Shown one piece after another: positions 1 through 8,907 of a DNA stretch of 64,000 bases. The translations under genes were made by a program, and so were the position numbers. The notes beneath the pieces are model-generated. The model worked only from the letters and a program-made list of their open reading frames with translations. It did not search any database and was not told the DNA's origin. Position 1 is the first letter of the stretch; each line of letters begins with the position of its first letter. This DNA is from a bacterium (lineage in GTDB: Bacteria; Babelota; Babeliae; Babelales; RVW-14), in NCBI GenBank assembly GCA_016699045.1, contig CP064957.1:799613-863612 (forward strand). Direction: 5' to 3'.

Positions 1-952
1 TGAAGCAAAAGCAAGTAATCTGCGCCATCGTCCCGTAGGGCTTGGTATTATGGGCTTTCAGGATGTGCTCTTTAAAATGAATGTTGCGTTTGAAGATGAC
101 CGTGCACTTACATTGGCAGACCAGCTTCAAGAAAAGATATCGTACCATGCGATTAAAGCCTCTGCATTGTTGGCGCAAGAGCGTGGTGCGTATGGTTCTT
201 TTAAGGGCTCCAAATGGCATCGTAATATTTTCCCCGTCGATACACTTGATCTTCTTGAAAAAGAACGTGGCGTGCCTATCGACACTCCTCGAACCAGTTC
301 ACTTGATTGGGCTCCTGTACGAGCATTGGTGCAAGAGTATGGTATGAGAAATTCTAACTTGATGGCGATTGCGCCAACCGCAACAATTTCAAATATTGTT
401 GCGTGTTTTCCATCAATTGAGCCGATTTATAAAAATATGTATGTTAAATCAAATATGAGCGGGGAGTTTATTGTTATCAATCAATATTTGGTGAATGATT
501 TGAAAAAAATTGGTCTATGGTCAAAAGATATGGCTGACAAGATCAAGTATTTTGATGGCAGTGTTCAAATGATCGATGAAATTCCAGATGCTCTCAAAAG
601 TAAATACAAGGAAGCATTTGAAATTGATCAAGAGTGGTTGGTTAAACTTGCCGCACGTCGTGCAAAGTGGATTGATCAAAGTCAATCACTTAATATTTTT
701 ATGATTGGTGCTTCAGGTAAAAAGTTAAATGATTTGTATATTGCGGGTTGGAAAGCCGGCGTAAAGACATTCTACTACTTGCGCTCCATGGCTGCAAGTC
801 AGATTGAAAAGTCAACGCTTGATGCAAAAAAATTCGGGTTTACACAAAAGCGTCAATATGATGCAAATGCTGGTCAAAATGCAGTCTCGACCCCTGAAGA
901 ATCAGCAGCTGCGTGTAATATTGATGATCTTTCATGTGATTCATGCCAGTAG
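1..952 (+). CDS. nrdA: ribonucleoside-diphosphate reductase alpha subunit, C-terminal part (5' end lies outside the window)
   Basis: The frame is open from base 2 (EAKASNLRHRPVGLGIMGFQD). NLMAIAPTATISNI, FYYLRS and a C-terminal Cys-pair redox tail (SCDSCQ) are typical of the class I RNR large subunit. nrdB follows directly. Confidence 0.9.
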   Translation, partial: EAKASNLRHRPVGLGIMGFQDVLFKMNVAFEDDRALTLADQLQEKISYHAIKASALLAQERGAYGSFKGSKWHRNIFPVDTLDLLEKERGVPIDTPRTSSLDWAPVRALVQEYGMRNSNLMAIAPTATISNIVACFPSIEPIYKNMYVKSNMSGEFIVINQYLVNDLKKIGLWSKDMADKIKYFDGSVQMIDEIPDALKSKYKEAFEIDQEWLVKLAARRAKWIDQSQSLNIFMIGASGKKLNDLYIAGWKAGVKTFYYLRSMAASQIEKSTLDAKKFGFTQKRQYDANAGQNAVSTPEESAAACNIDDLSCDSCQ

Positions 953-1000
953 ATAGTAAAAGTTTTAAACAAAAGGATAAGAACTATGCAAGGAGCTAGA

Positions 1001-2008
1001 ATGGCAAAAAGAGATACTGTTTTATCAAGTGAGTCAACGGATCCAAATAAAATATTGCCGATGAGATATTTATGGGCGCGCCAACATTATAAAGATGGCA
1101 TTGCTAATACCTGGACGCCTGAAGAAATTTCGATGCAAAAAGATATTGAGCAGTGGAAGTCAAGCTCGGTGCTTAATGATGATGAGCGACGTCTGATTTT
1201 ATGGAATCTTGGTTTTTTTTCGACAGCAGAATCATTAACCGCCAACAATATTGTTTTGGCGGTGTATCGTTTCGTTTCAAATCCAGAATGTCGACAATAT
1301 TTATTGCGTCAGGCTTTTGAAGAAGCGGTTCATACCGATACGTTTATTTATTGCTGCGATTCGCTTGGTCTTGATCCAGAGTACATTTATAATATGTACA
1401 ATACGGTTCCATCAATCAAAGCAAAAGATGAGTTTGTTATTAACATGACAACCACCATTCTTGATCCAAGTTTTAAGCTTGATGGGCCAGAAAGTATTCA
1501 ACGTTTTTTACTTGATTTAGTTGGATTTTATGTGATCATGGAAGGCATATTTTTTTATGCTGGTTTTGCTATGATGCTTGCGCTCAAACGCCAGCAAAAA
1601 ATGACGGGGATTGGAGAACAATTTGAGTACATTATGCGTGACGAAAGTCTGCATCTTGCATTTGGTTGTGATTTGATTAATACCATCAAAGTTGAACATC
1701 CTGAAGCGTGGGACAAAGCGTTTCAAGATAAAGTGGTAAGTTTAATTGAACAAGCTGTTGAACTTGAAAAAACATATGCTTTTGATGCGTGTCCGCGTGG
1801 TTTGTTGGGCATTAATGCGCAACAGTTTTGCAACTATGTTGAACATATGGCAGATCGCCGCTTAGAGCGCTTGGGCTTGCCAAAAGTATACAACCAAGAA
1901 AATCCATTTCCATGGATGGTTCAGGCAACCGATCTTTCCAAAGAAAAGAACTTTTTTGAAACACGTGTTACGGAATACCAATCCGCCGGCTCTCTAAGCT
2001 GGGATTAA
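1001..2008 (+). CDS. nrdB: ribonucleoside-diphosphate reductase beta subunit
   Basis: Ferritin-like di-iron motifs are present (EEAVHTD, EGIFFYAGF, RDESLHL) and the gene sits next to nrdA. GGAG lies 5-6 nt upstream of the ATG at 1001; the ORF track starts at 986. Confidence 0.9.
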   Translation: MAKRDTVLSSESTDPNKILPMRYLWARQHYKDGIANTWTPEEISMQKDIEQWKSSSVLNDDERRLILWNLGFFSTAESLTANNIVLAVYRFVSNPECRQYLLRQAFEEAVHTDTFIYCCDSLGLDPEYIYNMYNTVPSIKAKDEFVINMTTTILDPSFKLDGPESIQRFLLDLVGFYVIMEGIFFYAGFAMMLALKRQQKMTGIGEQFEYIMRDESLHLAFGCDLINTIKVEHPEAWDKAFQDKVVSLIEQAVELEKTYAFDACPRGLLGINAQQFCNYVEHMADRRLERLGLPKVYNQENPFPWMVQATDLSKEKNFFETRVTEYQSAGSLSWD

Positions 2009-2010
2009 TA

Positions 2011-2052
2011 AAAACGAAGAGGCTTGCTTTCGGGCAGGCCTCTTCGTTTTTT
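2011..2052 (+). terminator. rho-independent terminator after nrdB
   Basis: Perfect 9-bp stem CGAAGAGGC (2015-2023) / GCCTCTTCG (2038-2046), flanked by AAAA and followed by TTTTTT. Confidence 0.8.
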
Positions 2053-2065
2053 GGGGAACAAAGTA

Positions 2066-2932
2066 ATGAAAATTGGTCGTTATGTTGTTGAAGTTCCTGG
2101 TCCTGAAAAAATATGGTTTCCCAAAAGCAAAATTACCAAGGGTGATATTGTTGCTTATTATCGTGATATCAGTCCATTTATGCTGTCCTTTACCAAAAAT
2201 CGACTGTTAACAATGCATCGTTTTCCTGGTGGCATTGATCAAGAAGGTTTTTATCAAAAAAATGTTGGTGACTATTTTCCTGATTGGTTACTTTCTAAAA
2301 AAATAAAAAATAAAGAAGCTGGTTACACAACGTACGCTGTTTGTAATAATGCCGCTTCGCTGGCATATATTGCAACGCAGGGCTGCATTACGCCGCACGT
2401 GTGGCTAAGCAAAATTGATAAACTCAATTATCCCGATCGTATGATTTTTGATTTAGATCCTGCCGGTACTAATGTTGCGGCAGTGCGTTGGGCGGCCAAG
2501 CAACTGCATGATCTTTTAACTGAGCTTGGCATTCCATCATTTTTAATGACAACCGGCTCGCGCGGCTTTCACGTTGTGGTTCCGCTTAAGCGCTTAGCAA
2601 CGTTTGAGGCGGTGCGTGCTTATGCGCGCGATGTCGCAACTATTTTGGTGGAGCGCTATCCAAGCAAATTAACCATCAATCCGCGCAAAGAGGCTCGCAC
2701 TCATAAAATTTTAATTGATTGTATGCGCAATTCGTATGGTGCTACGGCAGTCGCGCCGTATGCCGTGCGTGCGATTGAAAAGGCGCCAGTGGCCGCACCA
2801 ATTTTTTGGGAAGAGCTGGCACGTATGACGCCGCAGCGATTTACGATAAACAATATTTTTGAACGCTTGACGCACGAAGAAAATCCTTGGCACGATTTTA
2901 CTAAAGTTGCTACGCGCTTAAAAGATTTGTAA
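2066..2932 (+). CDS. stand-alone LigD-type primase-polymerase (AEP/PrimPol) domain protein
   Basis: KIWFPKSKITKGDIVAYYRDISPFMLSFTKNRLLTMHRFPGG, MIFDLDP and TTGSRGFHVVVPL match the polymerase domain of NHEJ ligase D. The ATG at 2066 lies after the terminator, so the TTG at 2024 is unlikely to be the start. Confidence 0.8.
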   Translation: MKIGRYVVEVPGPEKIWFPKSKITKGDIVAYYRDISPFMLSFTKNRLLTMHRFPGGIDQEGFYQKNVGDYFPDWLLSKKIKNKEAGYTTYAVCNNAASLAYIATQGCITPHVWLSKIDKLNYPDRMIFDLDPAGTNVAAVRWAAKQLHDLLTELGIPSFLMTTGSRGFHVVVPLKRLATFEAVRAYARDVATILVERYPSKLTINPRKEARTHKILIDCMRNSYGATAVAPYAVRAIEKAPVAAPIFWEELARMTPQRFTINNIFERLTHEENPWHDFTKVATRLKDL

Positions 2933-2937
2933 TAATA

Positions 2938-3621
2938 ATGAGAGAAGAAAGGATTTGTGTGAACAAAAAATTTGTAGGATTATTTTTGGCAGCTCTTGCG
3001 TTTTCTACCAATGCTATGCCAATGGCGCCAGCAACATGCAAACTATTTGAGGCAGCTAAAAAGGGCGATGTTGTATTGGCAATAGAACTTATCAAACAAG
3101 ATGCCGATGTTAATGCTTTCAATGTCAATAATAAAACACTCCTTCATTTTGCTGCTCAAAATGGTTATGACGAGTTGACAGCATTGCTTTTAAAAAATGG
3201 TGCAGAAGTTAGTCCTGTCGATGTGTCAGGTTTTACGCCATTGCATTATGCTGCTTGCGAAGGCCATACCGAATGCGTTAGGGCGCTAACGGTAAAAAAA
3301 GCTGACGTTAATGCCATTGCCAACAATGGAGCTACACCGCTCAACCTTGCGATTACCGATGGTTATAAAGAGTGTGTAGAAATTTTACTTGCTGCGGGGG
3401 CAAATCCCATACTCGCTCCATGCGCAGGCACGTACAAATACCTTATGCCAGAAGAAATAGCACGCAAACGCGGTCATGAAGACATCGGAGATATTCTCCT
3501 CAAAGCGTGCGAGAAATGGGAAAAAGAAATCGAAGACACGTTGGACAAAGATTCTGAGGAAGAATTAAATGCAAGCATATGGACGGCATGCTTCAATTGT
3601 TGTGGCTGTAGTGTTCAATAA
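2938..3621 (+). CDS. ankyrin-repeat protein with N-terminal signal peptide and C-terminal Cys cluster/CaaX box
   Basis: Repeated TPLH(Y/F)AA..G....V..LL..GA(D/E)VN ankyrin units. N-terminal hydrophobic segment KKFVGLFLAALAFSTNA. C-terminus CFNCCGCSVQ. Confidence 0.85.
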   Translation: MREERICVNKKFVGLFLAALAFSTNAMPMAPATCKLFEAAKKGDVVLAIELIKQDADVNAFNVNNKTLLHFAAQNGYDELTALLLKNGAEVSPVDVSGFTPLHYAACEGHTECVRALTVKKADVNAIANNGATPLNLAITDGYKECVEILLAAGANPILAPCAGTYKYLMPEEIARKRGHEDIGDILLKACEKWEKEIEDTLDKDSEEELNASIWTACFNCCGCSVQ

Positions 3622-3645
3622 CGTTATCATGAAAAATTTATAACA

Positions 3646-4185
3646 TTATTTTTTTACAAAATGCTTCTGAATAATGTCGTGCGAATAATCGATCGAGTTT
3701 ATTTCATTAAACCCTGTGCCAACAACAAGATCGTGCGGAAGCGCAATGCCTTCGTTGAGTGTAATGGGAATAATAGTAATAATTGATTCATCAATTAAAT
3801 GAGCATCAAGAAATTGTTGTACCAGCGAAGCGCCGCCTTCAAGCCAAATTTTACAACCAGGTTTTTCGCCTGCTATCTTTTTAATAAAATCAGTAACGCT
3901 TTCATTAACAAACGTTATGTCTGCCTGCGCTGGTTGTTCGGTGCTTTCGGTAAAAATGTACGAATGTTTTCCTGCATTTGGCCAGTCGCCAAACGTCAGC
4001 ATTTGTTCATACGTCTTTCTGCCCATCACAATTAAATCAAGAGAAGCAAAAAAATCGTGATAACCACAATCCATGTCAGGTGGCAGATCGGCAGCAAAAG
4101 AATTTAACCAATCAACACTACCGTTTTCGTCGGCGATAAATCCATCGCGGCTTATCGCGATATACAAAATGACTTGTGGCTTCAT
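3646..4185 (-). CDS. dihydrofolate reductase family protein (RibD C-terminal domain-like)
   Basis: The N-terminus VILYIAISRDGFIADENGSVDWL and a size of about 180 aa are typical of the RibD_C/DHFR-like family. Confidence 0.65.
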   Translation of the reverse strand: MKPQVILYIAISRDGFIADENGSVDWLNSFAADLPPDMDCGYHDFFASLDLIVMGRKTYEQMLTFGDWPNAGKHSYIFTESTEQPAQADITFVNESVTDFIKKIAGEKPGCKIWLEGGASLVQQFLDAHLIDESIITIIPITLNEGIALPHDLVVGTGFNEINSIDYSHDIIQKHFVKK

Positions 4186-4259
4186 GAGCGACCTTTGTAG
4201 AAAACTAAAGACTAATAATATGGCAATAAAGTATCATAAATAATTGAAATTTAACAGGA

Positions 4260-7130
4260 CTAGAACACTTCGCCAAGCGTTAAATACCAGGCATAAGCGC
4301 TATCGCCCGGCAATCGCGTTTTCCATTTCCAGCCGATATCAAAACGAATGGCGCCGATGGGTGTTTTGTAGCGCAGCCCACAACCAGAGCCAGGAAACCA
4401 GGTACCTGAGCCAGGAATACCGGATTGACTCAAAACGCCAACGTCTTGGAAAATAACCATGCCGAGTTTATTAATAATTGGAAAGCGTAATTCAAGATTG
4501 AGGTTGATCATCGAGCTCCCGCCTTGAATGGTGTATTCTTGCTGTATGACGCCATTTTCGTCAATAAACTCGCTCATGCCCAGTGGCGGCAACGCATCTT
4601 TTTCATAACCGCGGACCGAGTAAGGGCCGCCCAAATAAAAGCGTTCGATGGGCATAATCTGGTTAAATTTGCGTCTGAAAATATGACCAAAGCGTAATCG
4701 AAAGCTGCCGATAACGTCGTTGTGTAATGCTTTAAAATATGATTGCTCGGCCATTAAGCGTACCGAAAAACCGGCTGCAAGTTCAGGGACCATTAATTTC
4801 ATTGAAAGAAAACTAAACTGGCCTTTGGTGGTGTTAATGCGGTCATCGAGTGTATCGATAATTAAACTTGGTTCAAGGAAAAAATAGGGCAAGGTGCGAT
4901 CAATATAGTCCGGATCTAAGTTAAGGTTGCCGCGCACTCTGCTCGTACGCATCCACTCATTACCAACCGTAATACCCCAATAATAATTTTCGCGATATTC
5001 ATCGCTCAGGCCTGCCAAAAAGCCACTCTGTACCGCTTCGTATGCCGAGTCGCTTGAACCAACGGCGATGGGTTGTGTGTATTTGTTTGCGTAACCTTTG
5101 AGTTTGCCCATGACGGGAAATCCTAATAACGCTGGTTGTTGGTAATGTGCATCAAGTGTTCGCTCAAAGCGCGTAATTTCTGTATTAATGGTAAAATTGT
5201 CGGCACGATTGGTTGGATTTTTTATGACTAAGGATGCGCCTAATTTTGCTGTTGATTGTTTTTTAAACATAAAATTTTTGCTTGTTAAAAAATAGCCAGC
5301 GCGCAAACGCAATTCAATTGGTTCGTCGTCAACCAGTGTTATGATCAGCGGTTTTTTGCTTTTGGTATTTGATAAATGGTATGGCTGAATTTGTATTTGT
5401 TTAAAAATATCAAGGCTGCGTAATTTTTTACGCGTGAGTTCTAATTTTTCTTTATTCCACAATTCGCCCTCATGGCAACGTACTTCGCGCATGATGCGTT
5501 TAAATGGTAATTTGGTGGTGCCACGTAAATAAACTTTTCCAAAGCGTACGCGTGGTCCTGGTTCAATATTCCAGGTGGTAAAAACATCAATGCCATGTGG
5601 TGCAATTTTACTGGTCAAAATCGGGCTGACACGAGCGTACCAATAACTATGTTGTTGAAAATAATTGAGTAAATAGACTTTTTGTTCATGAAGCCAGTGA
5701 ATATTGAAAGGGACCAAATTATGCGTTGTACTTTTTTGTGGGTTGGTAAACACTGAGTGAATTGCTAAGTGCTGAAAATTTTTGAAATCAAAGCCATGAT
5801 AAAAATGCTGAGCACCTTTTTTGATGAGTACTAAAATAGCGTATGAATTGTTAGGTTTTTTAATGAAGCGCGTTTCAACAATTTCAAAATTCCAAAATCC
5901 TTGAGAAAAATAATAATCTTTTACGCTTGCAAGTGCTGCATCAAGGCGGCTTTGATCAAAGGTTTTTTTGCTCAGAAGCTCATCAAAAAAGTGTAAGCAC
6001 TGTTTTTCATGAGTCCCAGTCTCAACATTTTTACAAACGATTTTCTTAATGAAGGTTGGGTTTCCTTCTTGAATGGTAAAATCATAATCATATTTTTGTG
6101 TTGGAGTGTAAGAAATAGTCGTTCCCCAGTACCCTTTTTTGTAATATTCATGTAGCAGTTGTTCTGCAATAATATCGGGAGAAAAAAGCCATTCGGGCAA
6201 GTCAACGCCAATAATATCTTCCTTGATGGCATGATTTGAAAAAAGATGATTGCCACTAAAATTCAGAAGTTTTCTTTTTCCAAGATCAATAAAAAATACA
6301 ATATTAACCGTATAATTCCTATGATTAATCAGTCGCTTCATGCTTAAGTGGCTGTCGAAGTACCCTTTTTCTTGCAAATAGGTTCGTATCTTTTTTGCCT
6401 GTTTTTCGATGTGTTTTTTTTCGTAATTGGTATTTAATAAGTTTTTTTTAAAGCGCTTTAGTTTTTCTTTGAGTGTATTTGGTGCTTGTGTATCACTTTG
6501 TTCTTCATGAGTTTTAATATCAAAAGAGACGTCTTCAATGTGATAGTGTTTGCCTGGTTTTGTTTTAATGATAACCGTTATAGTTTTATTTTTTTTTTCA
6601 TACACAAATTCATCGGTTATGAGATGATCAAAAAAGCCTTCGGCTTTGAATTTTGCTTTAATGGCGCTAAGTGATTCTTCGTGTAAAGAGATATTAAAAA
6701 TGTTGCCCGGTTGCTGGATGTACAAATTGGTATACTCTTGTTGGCCAAAAAATACTCCTTTAAAGGTCATGCGCCTTAAAATCCAATTACTTTTGAGCGT
6801 GAATGTGAGATGTTGGCCATTTTCATAATCATGGCAATTGATATCAACTGATTGCAGGCGTTCTTTGCGAATAAGGCTTTTAAACGCCTGATTAACTTGT
6901 TTGACAGAAATAAAGGTGTTGGGAACGAGTTCAACCAGATGATTAAATTCTTCTGGGCTAATCTCGATGTCTGACTGATATGAAATTTTTGTGACGTACA
7001 GCGTTGTGGTTTCTTCAGGATAGTATTCATGAAAATTGCCGCCATAACACTGTTTTACATGAGCGAATAGTGACGGCGCCAATGTGCTGGCAATAAAAAA
7101 ACAGATGATAAATAATAAGCGCTTGAGCAC
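4260..7130 (-). CDS. large Omp85-family outer-membrane protein (BamA/TamA-like paralog, 956 aa)
   Basis: Signal peptide, a long POTRA-like N-terminal region, the barrel motif ERFYLGGPYSVRGYE, and a C-terminal aromatic residue (...LTLGEVF). Confidence 0.75.
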   Translation of the reverse strand: MLKRLLFIICFFIASTLAPSLFAHVKQCYGGNFHEYYPEETTTLYVTKISYQSDIEISPEEFNHLVELVPNTFISVKQVNQAFKSLIRKERLQSVDINCHDYENGQHLTFTLKSNWILRRMTFKGVFFGQQEYTNLYIQQPGNIFNISLHEESLSAIKAKFKAEGFFDHLITDEFVYEKKNKTITVIIKTKPGKHYHIEDVSFDIKTHEEQSDTQAPNTLKEKLKRFKKNLLNTNYEKKHIEKQAKKIRTYLQEKGYFDSHLSMKRLINHRNYTVNIVFFIDLGKRKLLNFSGNHLFSNHAIKEDIIGVDLPEWLFSPDIIAEQLLHEYYKKGYWGTTISYTPTQKYDYDFTIQEGNPTFIKKIVCKNVETGTHEKQCLHFFDELLSKKTFDQSRLDAALASVKDYYFSQGFWNFEIVETRFIKKPNNSYAILVLIKKGAQHFYHGFDFKNFQHLAIHSVFTNPQKSTTHNLVPFNIHWLHEQKVYLLNYFQQHSYWYARVSPILTSKIAPHGIDVFTTWNIEPGPRVRFGKVYLRGTTKLPFKRIMREVRCHEGELWNKEKLELTRKKLRSLDIFKQIQIQPYHLSNTKSKKPLIITLVDDEPIELRLRAGYFLTSKNFMFKKQSTAKLGASLVIKNPTNRADNFTINTEITRFERTLDAHYQQPALLGFPVMGKLKGYANKYTQPIAVGSSDSAYEAVQSGFLAGLSDEYRENYYWGITVGNEWMRTSRVRGNLNLDPDYIDRTLPYFFLEPSLIIDTLDDRINTTKGQFSFLSMKLMVPELAAGFSVRLMAEQSYFKALHNDVIGSFRLRFGHIFRRKFNQIMPIERFYLGGPYSVRGYEKDALPPLGMSEFIDENGVIQQEYTIQGGSSMINLNLELRFPIINKLGMVIFQDVGVLSQSGIPGSGTWFPGSGCGLRYKTPIGAIRFDIGWKWKTRLPGDSAYAWYLTLGEVF

Positions 7131-7295
7131 GGAACGTCCTGTTTTTGATCAATAAAGTTTCCTAAGTATAACTTTACTATTTTTGTGAAAATTTGTATTG
7201 TCCCAGGAGATTTCTTGGGATAAAGTGGTTTTTTGGGGTTGCCAAAAAAGATGAAAATTTTTATGAGAAAAGTGGAGGAGGTCAATAGTATAGAT

Positions 7296-7580
7296 TTAAT
7301 CACCAATGATTCTGAAAACGCTTCTAAAATCCTTTTCTTTTATCATTGGTTCTACTTGGACTTCATCTACTTTGGATTCCGAAGTGCCTTTGTACAAAGC
7401 ATCAATAAACTCATCAAGTTTTTCAGCGACGCCAGATGCTAAGATGATAACGCTTTGCTTGTCCTCTGCATTTTGCACGGTTCCTTCAATATCATACCGT
7501 TGAGCATTTTTGCGAACATATTCGCGATACGATGCCATTTGGACATTGCCAACGACTTTTATCTTAATACATTGCCTCAT
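7296..7580 (-). CDS. acylphosphatase
   Basis: 94 aa. IKVVGNVQMASYREYVRKNAQRYDIEGTVQN fits the acylphosphatase signature V.G.VQGV.FR....A...G..G.V.N. Confidence 0.65.
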   Translation of the reverse strand: MRQCIKIKVVGNVQMASYREYVRKNAQRYDIEGTVQNAEDKQSVIILASGVAEKLDEFIDALYKGTSESKVDEVQVEPMIKEKDFRSVFRIIGD

Positions 7581-7741
7581 AGGAATTTCCCTTTCTCACT
7601 TTTTGCCTCCTCGCGAGAATCATGCGTAATAGTATCAGACCGATTTTTGAAAAGTCAAAAAAAAAGTATAATTTTTTTTAAACTAAGTGAAAAAAATTAT
7701 TACAAAAAATGGTGGTATGTTTCTTAATAGAAGTTATTTTC

Positions 7742-8887
7742 TTAATTCAATATTTGGCGATAAAGTGCCATATGTTGAGCAAGCATGGCGGGAACGCCAA
7801 AGTCAGTTAATGAATCTTGATGATTACTTAAACGTTGATATAGTGCCTTATTGTTGGCTATTATGGCGATCATTTTGCCTAATTGTTGCCAATTTCCGGG
7901 TTCAATTAAATAGCCATTAATGTCATGTTGAATAACTTCATTGATTCCACCAACATTATAAGCAACTACAGGAATTTTGCTTAAACGTGCTTCAATAATA
8001 CTACATGGTAAGCCTTCCCATAGCGAACTGAGCGCGAAAACGTCCCACGAAGTGAGCCATGGCCTGATATCGTGTTGCCAACCAAGAAGATGTACCGAAT
8101 CGTGCATGTTGTTGCGTTTAATCCATTCTTCTAGTTCCGTGCGTAATATGCCGTCGCCAATTATTTCTAATTCAAGTGTTTGATGAGTAGTTAATGTGGT
8201 GGCAAGCTGAAATGCTTTGAGTAAATCGAGAAGATTTTTTTGAGGTTTGAAGCATGACACCGTGCCAATACGAAACGGCTTCATGCGGTTGAGGCAGCGA
8301 GCTGGTAGATAAAATTTTTCATATTCAACGGCAGCCCTAATAATCGAACTTTTACGTGCAAAGTCTGGCAAAAGCTTACATCCTTCTGTGTGATCTTTTG
8401 TTGAAACGCAAACAAAGTGGGTGGTGATTAATGTGGTTATCCATTCAAATGCGTAAATTAAAAGCCAGCGCAGGCGCGGTTGATAATCATTAAAACCAAA
8501 ACCATGAATCGTGTGAACGCGTGTTTTAATGCCTGCAAAAAATGCAGCCCAGCGACCAATAATGCCCGCCTTGGTACTATGTGTGTGCACGACAATAGCG
8601 GGGTATTTTTTTTTTAAGGTACGCAAAATGCGTACAATATTTCTAAAATTTTTGATTTCATTAAGCAATGATTTGAGGCGTGCTTCGTTTTTAAATGAAT
8701 CAAGAAGAAATACTTGATCAAATTGTTTTGCATGCGTTACAAGTGGTCCTTGGTTGCCCGAGATGAGGCTTGTTGAAAAATCAGTATCATTGATTCCTGA
8801 AACAAGAGAAAGGCAAACTTTTTGTGCTCCGCCAAGCTCAAGTTTTGTGACAATGTAAACCACGTGGAGGTTTTTAGTCTTCTTCAT
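7742..8887 (-). CDS. glycosyltransferase family 4 (GT-B fold)
   Basis: N-terminus VVYIVTKLELGGAQKV. C-terminal EGLPCSIIEARLSKIPVVAYNVGGINEV is the typical GT4 E-x7-E region. Confidence 0.7.
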   Translation of the reverse strand: MKKTKNLHVVYIVTKLELGGAQKVCLSLVSGINDTDFSTSLISGNQGPLVTHAKQFDQVFLLDSFKNEARLKSLLNEIKNFRNIVRILRTLKKKYPAIVVHTHSTKAGIIGRWAAFFAGIKTRVHTIHGFGFNDYQPRLRWLLIYAFEWITTLITTHFVCVSTKDHTEGCKLLPDFARKSSIIRAAVEYEKFYLPARCLNRMKPFRIGTVSCFKPQKNLLDLLKAFQLATTLTTHQTLELEIIGDGILRTELEEWIKRNNMHDSVHLLGWQHDIRPWLTSWDVFALSSLWEGLPCSIIEARLSKIPVVAYNVGGINEVIQHDINGYLIEPGNWQQLGKMIAIIANNKALYQRLSNHQDSLTDFGVPAMLAQHMALYRQILN

Positions 8888-8907
8888 TATGCTCTTTCAA
8901 AAGCGTT

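Noticed and set aside
935-949. The C-terminal Cys residues of NrdA (SCDSCQ) could be a CaaX-like lipidation signal.
   Set aside because: The Cys residues are at -5 and -2, not -4. A C-terminal Cys pair is the well-known redox shuttle tail of class I RNR large subunits.
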